DNA from: the human T2T-CHM13v2.0 reference genome, Homo sapiens | Direction: 5' to 3' (one strand) | DNA length: 64,000 bases | Assembly: GCF_009914755.1 (NCBI RefSeq) | Contig: NC_060930.1 | Notes under the pieces: model-generated | Database searches by the model: none | Told to the model about the DNA's origin: nothing | Seen by the model: the letters and a program-made list of their open reading frames with translations, nothing else | In this document: positions 1 through 17,024 of the stretch, piece after piece | Position numbering within the stretch: position 1 is the first letter of the stretch | Layout: every line of letters begins with the position of its first letter | Program-made: the position numbers and the translations under genes

Positions 1-850
1 TCCATTCTAGATTCTCCTTATCATCAGTAGTACATCTTGAACTTGTTGGTTTTCCTGGAAAGATGAACCAGACTCTCAGACTTCAGGTGTCTGCATCCCT
101 GGCGTCCATACTCAGGCTGAGGTTGCTACATTTGTCCATTTATTGTCAAAATTAGGCAAAAGAGTACCCAAGGACATCCATGTGGATCACTGGGATGTCA
201 AATACATTCTTCCCTGCCACCACTGTGCAGCAGCCCTACCTCCTCCTGGTAAATTATCAGGGTAAATTATGCCTGCCAGAATAGTGACTCCTCTTCTTGT
301 CTGCTGGTCCTTGGCATGAGGAACCCGAAATGCCTGGATAGCAGCCACAGCTTAAAGTTCAATGGGATTTTTGCCGAGTCCTCTGTTGGATACTTTCCCC
401 CTTTGTAAACCAGGATCTTAAATCCACACAGCCTAGAGTTGTGGGGACAGGAAGCACAAATTCCCAAAGATAATTACTGGGAACGATGGTAAGCAGGATC
501 CTTCTACTTCCATCTCTTGGTCTCCAGAACCATATATTCTACTTATTGAAGTCACGGCATTGTATTACTGCTGTTGCTTGTGTGCTGCACGGAATCATAG
601 CATGTAAACTATGTCATGTGAAGAATGGTGGTCTATCCTCACAAGGTATCATCCTTGAGCTGGTGCCTCAGCTGTGACATCAATAGGCTGTCCCATCATT
701 CTTTCAAACTGGGTGGTGTGATATGTCACAAGATCAGTGAATCCTATGGTCACGGGTCCATGGCCTCATATCCTTTACTGTGATATACTATTAAAGGGGC
801 TCCAGTGTTGATGGATCAAACACTCTGTAAGCCATCAGATAGTGGTGCTG

Positions 851-1211
851 GCTTAGTTTTGGCTGCTATAACAGATTATCATAGACTGGGTGGCTTGAAC
901 AACCAACATTCATTTCTCATAATGTAGGGACTGGGAAGTCCAAGATCAAGGTGCTTGCTGATCCTGGGTCTAGTGAGGGGCCACTTCCTGGTTTACAGAG
1001 GGCCTGTCTTCTTGTATCCTCATAAGGCAGAGAGCAGAGATAGAAGGTAAGATCTTGTGTCTCTTCTTATGAGAGCACTAAACTCATTCATGAGAGCTCC
1101 ACTCTAATGACCTAATTACCTCCCCAAAACCTCACGTCCTAAAACCTATCACATTATGAGTTAGGATTTCAACATACAAATATTGAGAAGACATAAACAT
1201 TCAGTCCTACA
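851..1211 (-). mobile_element. MaLR solo LTR (MLT1A-type) inserted in ERVL pol
   Basis: Typical MLT1A sequence (ggctgctataac...atagactgggtggctt...aagtccaagatcaaggtg), ends in TACA; CTGGC direct repeat at 848-852 and 1212-1216. Confidence 0.8.
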
Positions 1212-1718
1212 CTGGCTGAGGTCTTTAAGGTAGAAAAGGAAAACCTACCTGGAATGGCTATCTGTTCCAATGAAAATGAATTACTGCCTCTTCTAGGAAG
1301 GAAAAGTCCAAAGTAATCAACTTGTCACAAAGTGAATGGGTGGTGTTCTTGAGGGATGGTGCCACATTCAGGAGCTCATTGTTGGTATTTGTGGTTGAAT
1401 ATTAGGCTGTAGCAGTAGTTAGATTAGCCTTGATAAGTGGCAGACTATGCTGTTGAGCCCATGCATGGCTTCTGCCCCTGCCACCATGGCTATTCTAATC
1501 ATGAGCTCATTGCACCAGCACTGGCATGCCTGATGACAGAGGCTGACTGATGTCAACAGAAAAAGTCATTGTGTTTACTTAATTGTTTAGTGTCACTTCT
1601 AGGCAGATGCTCTCTGGTGGGCATTAACATGCAATACAAAGATCTTTACACATTATGCCCACTCACAAATGTCCACATGAATGCCTCTACCACAGACCTT
1701 GTCCTAGTCCCCTTTTAG

Positions 1719-2080
<362 letters not shown>

Positions 2081-3445
2081 ACTGCCTGTACATATTCTAA
2101 CCACACAAAGGGGAAAGACTTGCCCATTGAGAGGGCTTATTCTCTCTACTTCATATCAAAGCTACCCTTGAGTGAGACATTTTTGGCTTAGCCCATATAT
2201 CATGCCAACCCTTCTCTTAATCAACCCATTTGCCCCCTCCATCAGGCAGCCATAATGGGTGCCCCCGTATATAACCCATGAGGCCATAGATGTGAATCGA
2301 ACAACAGGTACTGGTAGATGACACAGGTCTCTGGATCATCTGCTCATGCTGCTTTCTTGTGCTTCCCACTCTTGCTTTTACCCAGTCCCAGATATACCAC
2401 TCCCATCTTATGATGGACTACTACAGGGCCCATTTAACCCTATGACTTGGTGAAACTGACATAACACGGCTCATGGTAGACAGTTGTGCTCCTTGTCTCT
2501 ACTAGGGAGCTGTTTTGTGAATGATATATAATCCTCTGCCGTGGAAGGCATTGTCCTACTCTGGATCCTAGACAACTACATGACAATTCTTCTGTTGGGG
2601 CTTGTAAATAGCATGTTAATAACATCTACATGGCAATTCTTCTATTGAGACTTCTATTGGAAGAGACACTTCATGCAGTGTCATTTCTCACCACAGAGTC
2701 TGCCATTGCCACAGGCTGTGCATGTACCATCTATCAGGACTGCTTATACAACAGGACTGACTTTCTTCAGAAGGCTTTCCTGCAGTAGACCCTACTCAAA
2801 GTGAAGCTGGCAGCTTTTCATGTCAATTCAGTGTATTGACCAGAGCAGTATTCCTAGGTATGAAATATTGTTTTCAAAAGCCAAAGGTGAAAAATATGTA
2901 ATTGTGCATCCTACTTTGTGGAGGGAGATGGGAGAGGGAAATAATTCCTTTCTTTTGAAAAGGATATTCAACTTTTACTAGACCACTGGCTCTCTATAAA
3001 TTTCACTGATGATGTTTCACATTTCTGAAATTTTGGAGGATATTTCCCAACTCAGGAGTACATATGTCTTACTAAGGAGTCCAAAGAACTTGCCACTTCT
3101 TGTGTATTTGGTCAAATTAGCCATGATATCATTGATATAGTCGATGGTCCAGGTGTCTTTGGACTACATTACGACAGAGAGAAAGAGAATTAACAAAGTT
3201 CTTGGGCAAGCTTGTAAGCATCTACTTTTTTGCATTCCTAATGAATGCAAAATGTTTCTAATCCTCATTTTTTATATGGATAGAAAAGAATACTTTTAAA
3301 GCACATCCATGACTGCATTTCATATTCTGAAGTCACATTAATTTTCTTTAGCAAAGACACTACATCTCACACAACAGGTGCAATTGGAGCTGCTAACTGT
3401 GAGTTTGTCATAGTCATCCTCCAGGATCTCTTTGTCTCTCTTTTA

Positions 3446-4783
3446 TTTTGTATTTTTTCAGTGATTATAATGTCTATTTTATTCATAATACAACTTTTAT
3501 TTTAGATTCAGGGAATACATGTGCAAGTTTGTTACATGAATATATTGTGTGATGCTAAGGTTTGGGGTACAGATCCAATGACTCAAGTAGTGAGCATAGT
3601 ACCCAAATGGTAGTTTTTCGACCTACACTCCCTACCCTTCCTCCCTTCTCTTGTAGTCCCCAGTGTCTGCTGCTCCCATATTTATGTCCATGTGTATTCA
3701 AAGTTTAGCTCCCACTTATAAATGAGAACATACAGTATTTAATTTTCTGTTCCTGCATTAATTCACTTAGGATAATGGCCTCCAGCTGCATCCATGTTCC
3801 TGCAAAGGACATTTCATTCTTTTTTATGGCTGCATAGTATTCCATAGTGTATATGTATCACATTTTCTTATCCAGTCCACCATTGATGAGCATGTAGGTG
3901 GATTCCATGTCTTTACTATTGTGAATAGTGCTGTGATTAACATACAAGTGCATGTCTTTTTGCTAGAACAATTTATTTTCCTTTGAGAATACACCCAGTA
4001 ATGGTATTGCTGGGTTGAATGGTAGCTCTGTTTCAAGTTATTTGAGAATCTCTAAACTTCTTTCCATGGTGGCTGAACTAATTTACATTCCCACCAACAG
4101 TGTTATAAGCATTCCCTTTTCTCCACAGCCTCATTAACATCTGTTATTTTTGACTTGTTAATGATAGCCATTCTCACTGATGTGAGATGGTATCTCATTG
4201 TGGTTTCGATTTGCATTTCTCTGATGATTAGTGATGTTGAGCATGTTTTCATATGTTTGTTGGCTGATTATATGTCGTCTTTTGAGAAGTGTCCGTTCAT
4301 GTCATTTGCTCATATTATAATGAGGTTATTTGGTTTTTGCTTGTTGATTTGTTTAAGTTCCTTATATATTCTGGATATTATACCTTTGCTGAATGAATTG
4401 TTTGTAATATTTTCTCCCATTCTGTAAATTGTCTGTTTATTCTCTTAATAGTTTCTTTTGCTGTGCAAAAGCTCTTCAGTTTAATTAATTACATCACATA
4501 GGTCCATAACATATTTTTTTTGGTGTTGCAATTGCTTTTGGGGACTTAGCTAAAAATTCTTTGCCAAGGCCAACAAAAACAAGCAAAAAGGAAATAACTC
4601 CTTATTTAATAAATGGTGCTGGGATAACTGGCTAGCCCTATGCAGAAGAATAAAATTGGACACCTACCTTTCACCATATACAAAAATTAACCCAAGATAA
4701 ATTAAAGATTTAAATGTAAGAGTTCAAACTATGAAAATGTTAGAAGCTAATCTAGGAAATACACTTCTTGACATTGGTCTTAC
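3446..4783 (-). mobile_element. 5'-inverted (twin-primed) old L1PA (about L1PA15/16) fragment
   Basis: L1 3' end and ORF2 tail on the minus strand 3491-4572, then ORF2 sequence on the plus strand 4573-4781; ctctctttta direct repeat at 3436-3445 and 4784-4793. Confidence 0.8.
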
Positions 4784-7700
4784 CTCTCTTTTAATCAATG
4801 GGTTCTGGATCTGAAAAATGACTAAAGTTCAGAGCAATGAATTGTTACTTTTAATTTGGGTAGCGGCCCTTAGTTTCCTGATCCTTGATTTCTTTTTTTA
4901 TTGTACTTTTAAAAATTGATACCTAATTTTTGTACATATTCATGGAGTACACGTGCTATTTTGTTCCATGTATGGACGTGTAATGATTAGGTAAGGGGTC
5001 AGGGTATTCAGAGTATTCATCCCTTTGAGTATGTATCATTTCTATGTGTGGGGAACATTGAAAATCTTCTCTTCTAGCTATTTTGAAATATACAATACAT
5101 TGTTGTTGACCACTGTCACCCTACTCTGCTACTGAACATTATAACTTATTCCTTCTAATTGTATGTTTGCACCCATTAACCAACTTCTCTTCATTCACTC
5201 CACCCCCTACCCACCCACACATCCTTCCCAGCCTCTGATGTCTATCATTCTACTCTCTACTTTTATGATATCCACATTTTAAGCTTCCACATATGAGTGC
5301 GAACATGCAATATTTATCTTTCTGTGTCTGGCTTATTACATTTAACATAACAATCTCTTGTACCCTCCATGTTACTACAAATGATGTGATTGTATTCTTT
5401 TTTATGGCTGAATAGTATTCCATTTTGTATACATACCATATTTTCTTTTTCATTTACTCATTGATGGACACTTAGGTTGTTCCATATCCTTGCTATTGTG
5501 AATATGCTGTAATAAACATGCAAGTGTGGGTATCTCTTTGATATACTGACTGTATTCCCCTTGGATAAATACCCAGTAGTAGGAATGCTGAATCATATGT
5601 AGTTTTACTTTTAGTTTTTAGAGAAATCTTTATTCTGTTTTCCATAGGACCTGGATTAATGTACATTCCAATCAATAGTATATAAGTCTTCCCTTTTCTC
5701 TGCATTTTTGCCATAATCTGTTTTTTTTTGTCTTTTTAATAATAGTCATTCTAACTGATTAAATGATATCTCTTTGTCGTTTTGATTTGCATTTTTTTGA
5801 TGATTGGTGAGTTAAACATTAGTGATGTTGTGCCTGGTTTATTATGCTTAACATAATGACTTCCAGTACCATCTATGTTGCTGCAAATGCCATGATTTAG
5901 TTCTTTTTCATATACCTGTTGACCATTTGTATGTCTTCTTTTGAAAAATGCCTATTTATGTTCTTTGTCTAGTTTTTAATAGGATTATTATTTTTTTCTT
6001 ACTGCTGAGTTGTTTGAGTTCCTTGTATACTCTGGATATTAGTCTCCTATCACATGCATAGTTTTGCAAATATTTTCTCCTATTTAACAGGTTATCTCTT
6101 CACTCTGTTGATTGTTTCTTTTGCTATACAGAAGGTTTTTAGTTTAATATAGTTCCGTTTGTCTAGTTTTTTTTTGTTGTCTGTGTTTCTAAGGTTTTAA
6201 CCATATAATCTTTGCCCACACCAATGTTCCAAGGTATTTTTCCTATGTTTTCTTCTAGTAGTTTTATAGTTTAGGGTCTTATATTTAAGTCTTTAATCCA
6301 TCTTGAGTTGATTTTGTATATGGTTAGAGATAGGGGTCCAGCTTCATTCTTCTGCATATGGATATCCAGTTTTCCCAGTACTATCTGTTGAAGAAGGTAT
6401 CCTTTCCCCAATGCATATTCTTGATACCTTTGTCAAAAATTAGCTGGCTTTAACAATGTAGATTTATTTCTGGGTTCTCTATTCTGTGCCATTGGTCTAT
6501 ATGTCTGTTTTTATACCAATAACATGTTGTTTTGGTTACTATAGCCTTGTAATATATTTTGAAGTCAAGTAGTGTAATGCCTCTATCTTTTATTCTTTGT
6601 TCAGAATTGCATTGTCTATTCTGGCTCTTTTTTGTTCCATAAGAATTTTGGGATTGCTTTTTCCACTTCTGTGAAAAATGGCACTGGTACTTTCATAGGG
6701 ATTGCATTGAATCTGTAGATTGCTTTGTGTAGTATGTTCATTTAAACAATATAAATTCTTCTGATCATAAGTATGCGATATCTGTTTGTTTGTTTTGGCA
6801 TTCTTCAAGTTCTTTCATCAGTGTTTTATAATGTTCTTTACAGGGGAATTTCACCTCCTTAGTTAAATTTATTCTTAGGGTTTTTTTTCTGTAGCTATTG
6901 TAAACCAGATTGCCTCCTTGATTTCTTTTTCAAATAGTTCATTATTAGTGTATAGGAACATTTCTATTTTTGTATGTTGATATTGTATCCTGAAATTTTA
7001 CTGAATTAATTTATCAGGTTTAAGAGTTTTTTTTTAGTGGAATCTGTAGGTTTTCTAGATATATGATCATATTATCAGCAAAGATGGACAATTTGACTTT
7101 CTCTTTTCCAGTTAGGGTACATTTTATTTTTTTCTTTTGCCCAACTGCTCCGGCTAGAAGTTCTAGTTCTTTGTTGAATAGGAGTGATGAAAATGGGCAT
7201 CCTTGTCTTGTTCCAGTTCTTAGAGAAAAGGCTTTCAGCTTTTCCCCATTGAGTAGGATGTTGGCTGTTGGTTTTTCATCTATGATTTTTCTTATGTTGA
7301 GGTATATTGCTTCTATGCCTAGTTTGATGAGAGCTTTTATCATAATGTCATTTTTTATCAAATACTTTTTCTGTGTCTATTGGATGATCAAATGGGTTTT
7401 TCTTTTATTATATTGATATGATATGTTACATTTATTGATTTTTGTATGTTGAATCTCCTTGAATGTCTGGGATAAATCCTGCATAATCATGGCATATTAT
7501 CTTTTTGATGTGCCATTGGATTTTGTTTGTTAGCATTCTGTTGAGAATTTTTGCATCTATGTTAATTAGAGATATTGGCCTGTAGTTTTCTTTTTTTTAT
7601 TGTGTCCTTATCTGGTTTTGGTATCAGGGTAATGCTGGCCTGGTAGAATGAGTTAGAGAGAACTTCCTCCTCTGCTCCTCTGTGATTATTTGGGATAGTT

Positions 7701-8340
7701 TAAGGAGAATTGGTGTTTATTCTTTTTTGAAAGTTTAGTCGAATTTGGCAGTGAAGCCATCTGGTCCTGGACTTTTCCTTGTTGGAAGATTTTTGTTGCT
7801 GACTCAACCTCTTTACTCATTGTTGATCTGTTCAGGCTTCCTATTTCTTCCTAATTCAATCTTGGTATATCTTATGTGCCGAGGAATTTATTTATTTCCT
7901 CTAGATTTTCCAGCTTGTTATTCTATAATTGTTTATAGTGTTCTCTGATGATCTTTTGTATTTCCGTGATGTCAGTTGTAATGTCTCCTTGTTCATTTCT
8001 AATTTTGTTTACTTGAATCTTCTCTCCTTTTTCTTGGTTAGTCTAGCAAGTGATTTATTGATTTTCTTCAACTTTTCAACACACCAAATTTTCATTTCAC
8101 TTATCCATTGTATTTTTCTCTTAGTTTCCATTCTGTTTAGTTCTACTCGGACCTGCATTTTTTTCTTTACTAATTTCAACTTGGTTTGTTTTTGCTTTTC
8201 CAGTTTCTTTTAAATGCAATGTTAGATTATTTATTTGAAACCTTTCTACTTTTTGATGTGGGTTTCATTGCTATAAACTTTCCTCTTTTCGCAGCTTTTG
8301 CTGAATCTTATAGTTTTTGGTATGTAGTGTTTTCATTTTG

Positions 8341-10615
<2,275 letters not shown>

Positions 10616-13269
10616 TTTCATTTGTTTTAAGAATTTTTTTACTTGCTTCCTAATTATTTAATTTACCTAATGGTCATTCCGGAACATATTGTAAAATTTT
10701 CATGTATTTGTATAGTTTCCAAAGTTCTTTTTAATATTGATTTCTAGTTTCATTCCACTGTGGTTTGAGAAGATACTTGATATAATTTGGATTTTTAAAA
10801 ACTGATTGAGACTTGTTTTGTGGCCTAACATATGGTCTACCCTGAAGAATGTACCATGTGCTGGTAAAAAGAATGTGTATTCTGCAGTTGTTAAATGAAA
10901 TGTCCTGTATACGTTATAGGTCCATCTATTGTATTAGAGTTATCTCTCCCTTTAAATCTGATAATATTTGTTTTATACATCTGGGTGATCTGATGTTCAG
11001 TGTATAAACACACAAAGACACCCAAATCTTTCTTTTTCTTTCTCTCTTTCTTTCTCTTTCTTTCTTTCTTTCATCTATTTATCATCTCACCCTACATACA
11101 TATATATGTATATATGTGTACCCAATTCTTTATTCTATATATGTAGATATTATTATTATATTCTCTTGTTTTATCTTACATAAGTACAGCTATTCCTGTT
11201 TGCTTTTTGTTTCTGTTTACATGGAATATTTTTTTTCCATTTCTTTTCTTGCCATCTATGTGCGTCTTTACAGGTGAGGTAAAGTTTCTTGTAGGCAGCA
11301 TAGAGTTGGGTTGTGCTTTTTTTAAAATCCATTCAGCCAGTCTATACCTTTCGAGTGGAAAGTTCAATCTATTTATGTTCAAGGTTATTGAAATGTAAGG
11401 ACTTATTCCTATTCTTTTGTTACTTGTTTTCTGTGTCTGTGTGTGTTCCCTTTGTTTTTTCTTTCTCTCTTATTTTTTTCATTTTAGTTTGATGGTTTTC
11501 TGTAGAGGTAATATTTTAGTTCTTTCTCTTTCTTATTTGCTTGTTTACTCTACCAGTAGGTTTCATATTTTCATGTGTTTTTATGATGGTATCATTGTTT
11601 TACATACCCTTTGTTTCTTTCTTTCTCTCTTATTGTTTATCATTGTGGTTTGGTGGTTTTCTGTAGTGGTAACATTTGGACTTTTACCTATTTGTGTGTT
11701 TGTTCTACCAGTGGGTCTTATTCTTTCATGTTTTTATGATGATATTGTCCTTTTGCTTCCAGGTGTAGGACTCCCTTCTGCATTTCTTATAGGGCACATC
11801 TAGTGATAAATTCCCTCAGCTTTTGATCATCTTGGAAATACTTTATTTCTCCTTCATTTATGAAGGATAATTTTAGTTATAGTATCCTAGATTAGCAGGG
11901 CTTTTTTCTTTCAGCACTTTGTATATATTGTTCTATTCTCTTCTGGCCCATAAGGTTTCTGCTAAGAGATTTGCTATTAGTCAGATGGAGGTTCCCTTAT
12001 AATTGACTAGATGCTTTTCTCTTGCTGTTTTTTAAAAATATCTGTTTTGACTTTTGATATTTTAACCATAACGTGCCATGGAGAAGACATTTTTGGGTTG
12101 TATGTATTTGGGGATCTCTGAGTTCCCTGTATCGGTATGCTATATGTCTAACTCTCTTGCCAGACCTGGGAAGTTTTTGGCTATTATTTTATTATATAGG
12201 TTTTCTATCTCATTGGTTTTCTCTTTGCCTTCTGGAACACCAAATAGTTAAACATTTCACCATATTGTGGTATTCCATATGTCATGTAAGCTTTGTTAAT
12301 TTTTTTATTGTTCTTTTTTCTTTATTTTTGTCTAACTGGGTTATTTCAAAAGGCCATCTTCAAGTTCTGAGAGTCTTTCTTCTACTTGACCTAGTCTACT
12401 GTTGAAGCTCTTTTATGTATTTTTTATTTCATTCAATGAATTATTCAGTTTCAGAATAATTTCCATTTGATTCTTTTTTTATATGTATCTCTTTGGTAAA
12501 TTTCTCATTTATACCCTGATATGTTTTTCTGATTCTTTATATTACTTATCTGTGTTCTCTTTTATCTCATTGGGCTTCTTTAATATCATTATTTTGAATT
12601 ATTTTTCTGGCATTTCAAAAATTTTTTCCATTGGAATCTTTTGCTAGAGAATTATTGTGTTTCTTTGGAGGTGTCATGTTTCCTTGTTTTTTTCATGTTT
12701 CTGTGCCCTTATATTGATATATGTGCATTGGGTGTAGTAGTTGCTTTTTGTAGATTTTTGGATTTGCTTTCATAGGGGAGGACTTTCTTCTGGAGATATA
12801 TTTATAGTGTTGGTTAGGTAGGGCACTTTGGCTTTGATTCTGAGTGTGCGTAGTAGTAGTATAGTTCTTGGATAATTTCTTTGGCTGTAAACAGTGTCTG
12901 TGTTGTCTGTGATTGCCTCAGTAGGTTAGGGTGCAGTTGTGAGTGCAGGCTGTGGTAAAGTTTTTCTGGGGAGAGGGATGTCAGATGAACCAGTCCTCAG
13001 GCCCCAGTGGTGACAGCAATAGGCCAAGCATGCTTATCCTTTGACCCCAGGGTGGTATGCACCAGCACCATTGTTAGCACATCCAGATAGGCCAATTATT
13101 GAACCTCCAGGTGGCTTGCTTGGGTACTAACTGTGGCAGTGGTGGGCCAGGTGGGTGGGCAGGTCTTCAGGTCTCTGGGAAGTAGGTGTGGCATGGACAA
13201 TGGCAGGACAACCCTCTGGTTCCCATGTGGTCCATGGTGGTGTTGGCAGTGGCTGTGATGGACTGAGCA

Positions 13270-14500
13270 TTTGTACTCTTTTGTCTTGTGTTGGTATCAG
13301 TGTGATAGTGGCCCTTTGTGCTGCCTTGTCAGGTCCTAGGGTTCTATCGACTATAATTTCCAGAAAAGCAGAGTTTTGGTATCCTGCTTACTGTGCCAAA
13401 ACTGTGACGGCCAAAGGAAAACTTCCCCTTCGTCCTCTGAAGGTTGGTTGAAAAATCAACTGGATATGCAGTACCATGTTCCCAGGAACTGATCCTTGTT
13501 TTCTTTTGGTTCTGTAGATTGAACAATATCAGTGTTTGGCTACCCATCTATCTTTCCTTCAGTGACACCGTGTTCTATCAACTATCTCTGTAGCTCTTTT
13601 CAATTTAGGTCCCTCTAGCTATGTGTTATATCCTGTAAGCTACCTGGCTGTGCTCTATTGTATATACTAAATGACATGACTTGTGCCCCCCATATTCATA
13701 GGTAGAAGGCTTAATCCACAATGTGACTGTATTTGAAGATAGGACTTTTGGGTAGTAACTAAAGTTGAATTATTTCATAAAGGTGGGGGCTCTAACCTAA
13801 TAGTTAGTGTCCTCTTAAAAAGGAAGAGATACCAGAGATCTCTCCACCCCCTACCCCATGTGCACATAGAGGAAAGGCCATGTGAAGACACAGTGAGAAG
13901 GTGGCTATCTGCAAGCAGGAAGAAAGCCCTCACCAGACACTGAATTTGTTGGCTCCTTGATCATGGACTTCTAGCCTCCAGAACTGTGAGGAAATACATT
14001 TCTGTTGTTTAAGCCCCACAGCCTGTGATATTTTGTGACAGCAGCTTGAGCAGACAAATCCACTACTATTCTGACTGCTGCTCATTATGCCTGCCTTGCT
14101 CTTGAAAGTTAAGTCCTGCCTCCCTGTCACTACTATTTTGGGATCCCATCTTTCCATTATTATTAGTGAGCCCAGTGTCTCCTGCCATCAGCCCTGTCCT
14201 CCAAGTAGAGCACCATCAAGCTCTCAATGATGCCTGTTCCTTTTTCACCTGTGCAGCCCTCCTGCTTTGATAAACCATGTTCTCTGTGCTCTCCCACAGA
14301 ATGTGATCACTCTTTTTTCCCCTGAACTTACATGGTGTGTCCACCTTACCTGTCCACTTCTCTGAGCCTTTTATCCCTTTTCCATCATCTGCCATGGCAA
14401 CTCTGGTATATAAGTTAGCCATATAAATTTACTTGATTCCTACTGTCATCTAACTCATCCGTGTTAGAGTCCTATGTAGTTTACTACTGTTGAACAGACA
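13270..14500 (-). mobile_element. ERVL-class gag-region relic (probable continuation of the provirus at 1-3440)
   Basis: Minus-strand sequence around 14100-14240 resembles ERVL gag; it is collinear and in the same orientation as the pol relics across the L1MA3 insertion. Confidence 0.55.
13658..14062 (+). mobile_element. MaLR solo LTR (MLT1A/B-type)
   Basis: Typical MLT1 motifs (aatgtgactgtatttgaagatagg; ggccatgtgaagacacagtgagaagg; ctagcctccagaactgtgag). Confidence 0.8.
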
Positions 14501-14638
14501 TTTCAACACTTCCTCCTTATGACTTGCCTTCCTTTAAAATCAAACTTTTATGTAGAACTTTCTCATACATCCTGTCCTCACGGTAGCTATTCATACTTAT
14601 TGAGTTGCATGTTAACCCTCAGAGGCCCCATGAGAGGA

Positions 14639-15100
14639 TGTATTAGTTACTTAGGACTGCCTTATCAAACTACCACAAACTGGGTGGCTTAAAACAACTG
14701 TCATTGTTTTCTTCACAGTTCAGAAGGCTAAAAGTCCCAAATCAAGGTATTGGCAAGACCATGCTCCTGTTGAAACCTGTAGGGAAATCCTTCCTTGCCT
14801 CCTTCTATTGACAGTGATTTGCTATCAATCTTTGGCATTCCTCGGCTTGCAGCTGCCTACTCCAGTCTCTGCTTTCATCATCATACGGTGTTTTCCCTAT
14901 GTGTCTTTCTCTCTTTCCATCAACTTCTTTATAAGGACACTAGTCAAATTGGGTTAGGGGCTCACCCTGCTTCAGTAGGACCTCACTTCAATTACATCCA
15001 TAGTAAACCTCCTTTCACATACGGTCACATTCTGAGGTACTGGGAGTCAGGACTTCAAGATATCTTTTCAGGGGAAAGGTACATAATTCAACCTATAACA
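14639..15100 (-). mobile_element. MaLR solo LTR (MLT1C-type)
   Basis: TG..CA termini (tgtattagtt...caacctataaca) and taccacaaactgggtggcttaaaacaac motif. Confidence 0.8.
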
Positions 15101-15339
15101 AGAGGGAACTGGTAAAGAAGATTTAATTAGATCTGACTCTAAACTGTAACTTCCATCCCCGCCACCCCCTCCCTCCCCCCACACATTTCAAAATAAAGCA
15201 CTCTATTTTTATTCAATTTACATATTGGGGTTTTGCCCAAGCATTTATTTGAAGAAAAGATTCCTAAAAAGAAAATTAATGAGCCAAATAATCTTCCTGA
15301 TTCACCAATAAAATCTCTTATTTAACAACTCAGAAACTG

Positions 15340-15550
15340 AGATCATATGACCTAGTTTAAATCCCAATTTAACCAGTTATTGCTTTTTGAACATGAGAAA
15401 GTTACCTAAGTTTTCTAGAACTCACTTTCTTATTTGTAAAGTGGCATAACTATTATCTACTTCAGAGGGTTGCTATAAGTATTTAAGTATTTATACAATG
15501 AGATAATTTAAGTAAAGTGCTTAGCACTGTATCCAGCTCACAAAAGCCAT
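15340..15550 (+). mobile_element. MIR fragment
   Basis: MIR core-like sequence (aagttacctaag...tttcttatttgtaaagtgg...gtaaagtgcttagcac). Confidence 0.65.
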
Positions 15551-15555
15551 TTGCT

Positions 15556-16272
15556 CTTTTTTTTAATTTTCTTTTTTTAGTTTTAATTTTTTGGGTACAT
15601 AGTTGGTGTATATCTTTATGGGTCACATGAGATATTTCGATATAGGCATGGAATGCATAATATTCACATTACGATAAATGGTATATCCATCATCTCAAGT
15701 ATTTATCTTTTATGTTAAAAACAATCCAATTATAGTCTTTTATTTATTTTAAAATGTACAATTAAATCTTTGTTTACTATAGTCATCCTGTTGTGCTAGC
15801 AAATACTAGGTCTTATTCATTCTTCCTAACTATTTTTTTGTACCCATTAACCATCCATCACTTCCTTCCCACCAATCCCCCACTACCCTTCCTAACCTCT
15901 GGTTACCATCCTTCTACTCTCTATCTCCATGAGTTCAATTATTTTAATGGTTATTTCCCACAAATAAGTGAGAACATGTGAAGTTTCTCTTTCTGTGCCT
16001 ATCTTATTTCACTTAACATAATGACCTTCAGTTCCATCCATGTTGTTGCAAATGATGGGATCTAATTCTTCTTTATGACCGAATAGTACTCATTGTGTTG
16101 ATGTATCACATTTTCTTTATCCATTCATCTGTTTATAGACACTTAGGTTGCTTCCAAATCTTGGCTATTGTGAATAATGCTGCAACAAACATGGGAGTGC
16201 AGATATCTCTTTAACGTACTGATTTCCTTTCTTTTGGGTATCTACCTAGGAGTGGGATTGCTGGATCATATA
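15556..16272 (-). mobile_element. L1MA1/2 3' fragment
   Basis: Poly-T and L1MA1/2-type 3'UTR; degenerate TSD ccatttgct/ccattagct. Confidence 0.75.
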
Positions 16273-16654
16273 AATTACCATTAGCTATTAATATTTTATT
16301 TTCCCAATGTTGAAATATGTGATCAATAGGAATAAACTACAGAGAACTCTGACAAAAATGGGTTAGGTGGCATAACAGAGTCAAGCAAATGTATGTGGGT
16401 AACTTAAAAATTGAATCAGACTAACAACATGAGAGTATCTGACACAAAAAAAGGAATTCACAAGCTTTGTAAGCCAAAGTCGCACACACTGGCTCACTCT
16501 ACTCCTGCAGTCAAAGCTGCCCACCAAATGCTATAAAACACTGGAAAGGTATTGGAAGCAAATGGGAAATCACCCTTGCTCCCATGTAAGGAAAGCCTCC
16601 TACTTACCTCTAAAGAGGAAATGGCAAAGAAGTGAGAAGATAATCAAAGCCCAA

Positions 16655-16790
16655 AGCCAGCACTAAGGTGAGGCAAGGGAGGTGCTTAGGGCACAGAGTT
16701 TAAAGAGGAGCTCACTCTCAGGGTCTGCAAGTACCAACCCTGCATCTGTAGGATGCTAGAGTGAGTGCCTCCTTACGTGTGGGCACCATG
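16655..16790. mobile_element. MER91A-like palindromic hAT-Tip100 MITE
   Basis: gcactaaggtgaggcaagg...ctcactctcagggt...agagtgagtgcctcctta shows internal dyad symmetry and matches the recalled MER91A consensus. Confidence 0.7.
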
Positions 16791-17024
16791 AGGCCAGGAA
16801 GTCTTCTAAAAGGAAGGAGAATTTACCCAGTCTAAGAGAAAACTGACATTCTAGGAAAGACAGTGGTGCAGCAGTTGAAAAGTTGATTCAGTAGACAACA
16901 AGCAAGTTTGTATGTTTGAAAAAAAAAAGATTTTTTCTGGGAAACCATAAGTCTGAAAAAGCAGGTTGGGTCTGGGGTAGAGTACCTTTGAATGTCATTT
17001 TTATTATTCTTGATTTGATGCACA

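Noticed and set aside
11440-11750. About 165-bp tandem duplication between ORF1 and ORF2 of the L1MA3
   Set aside because: It is probably a subfamily feature of old L1M inter-ORF regions and cannot be shown to be locus-specific without a consensus alignment.
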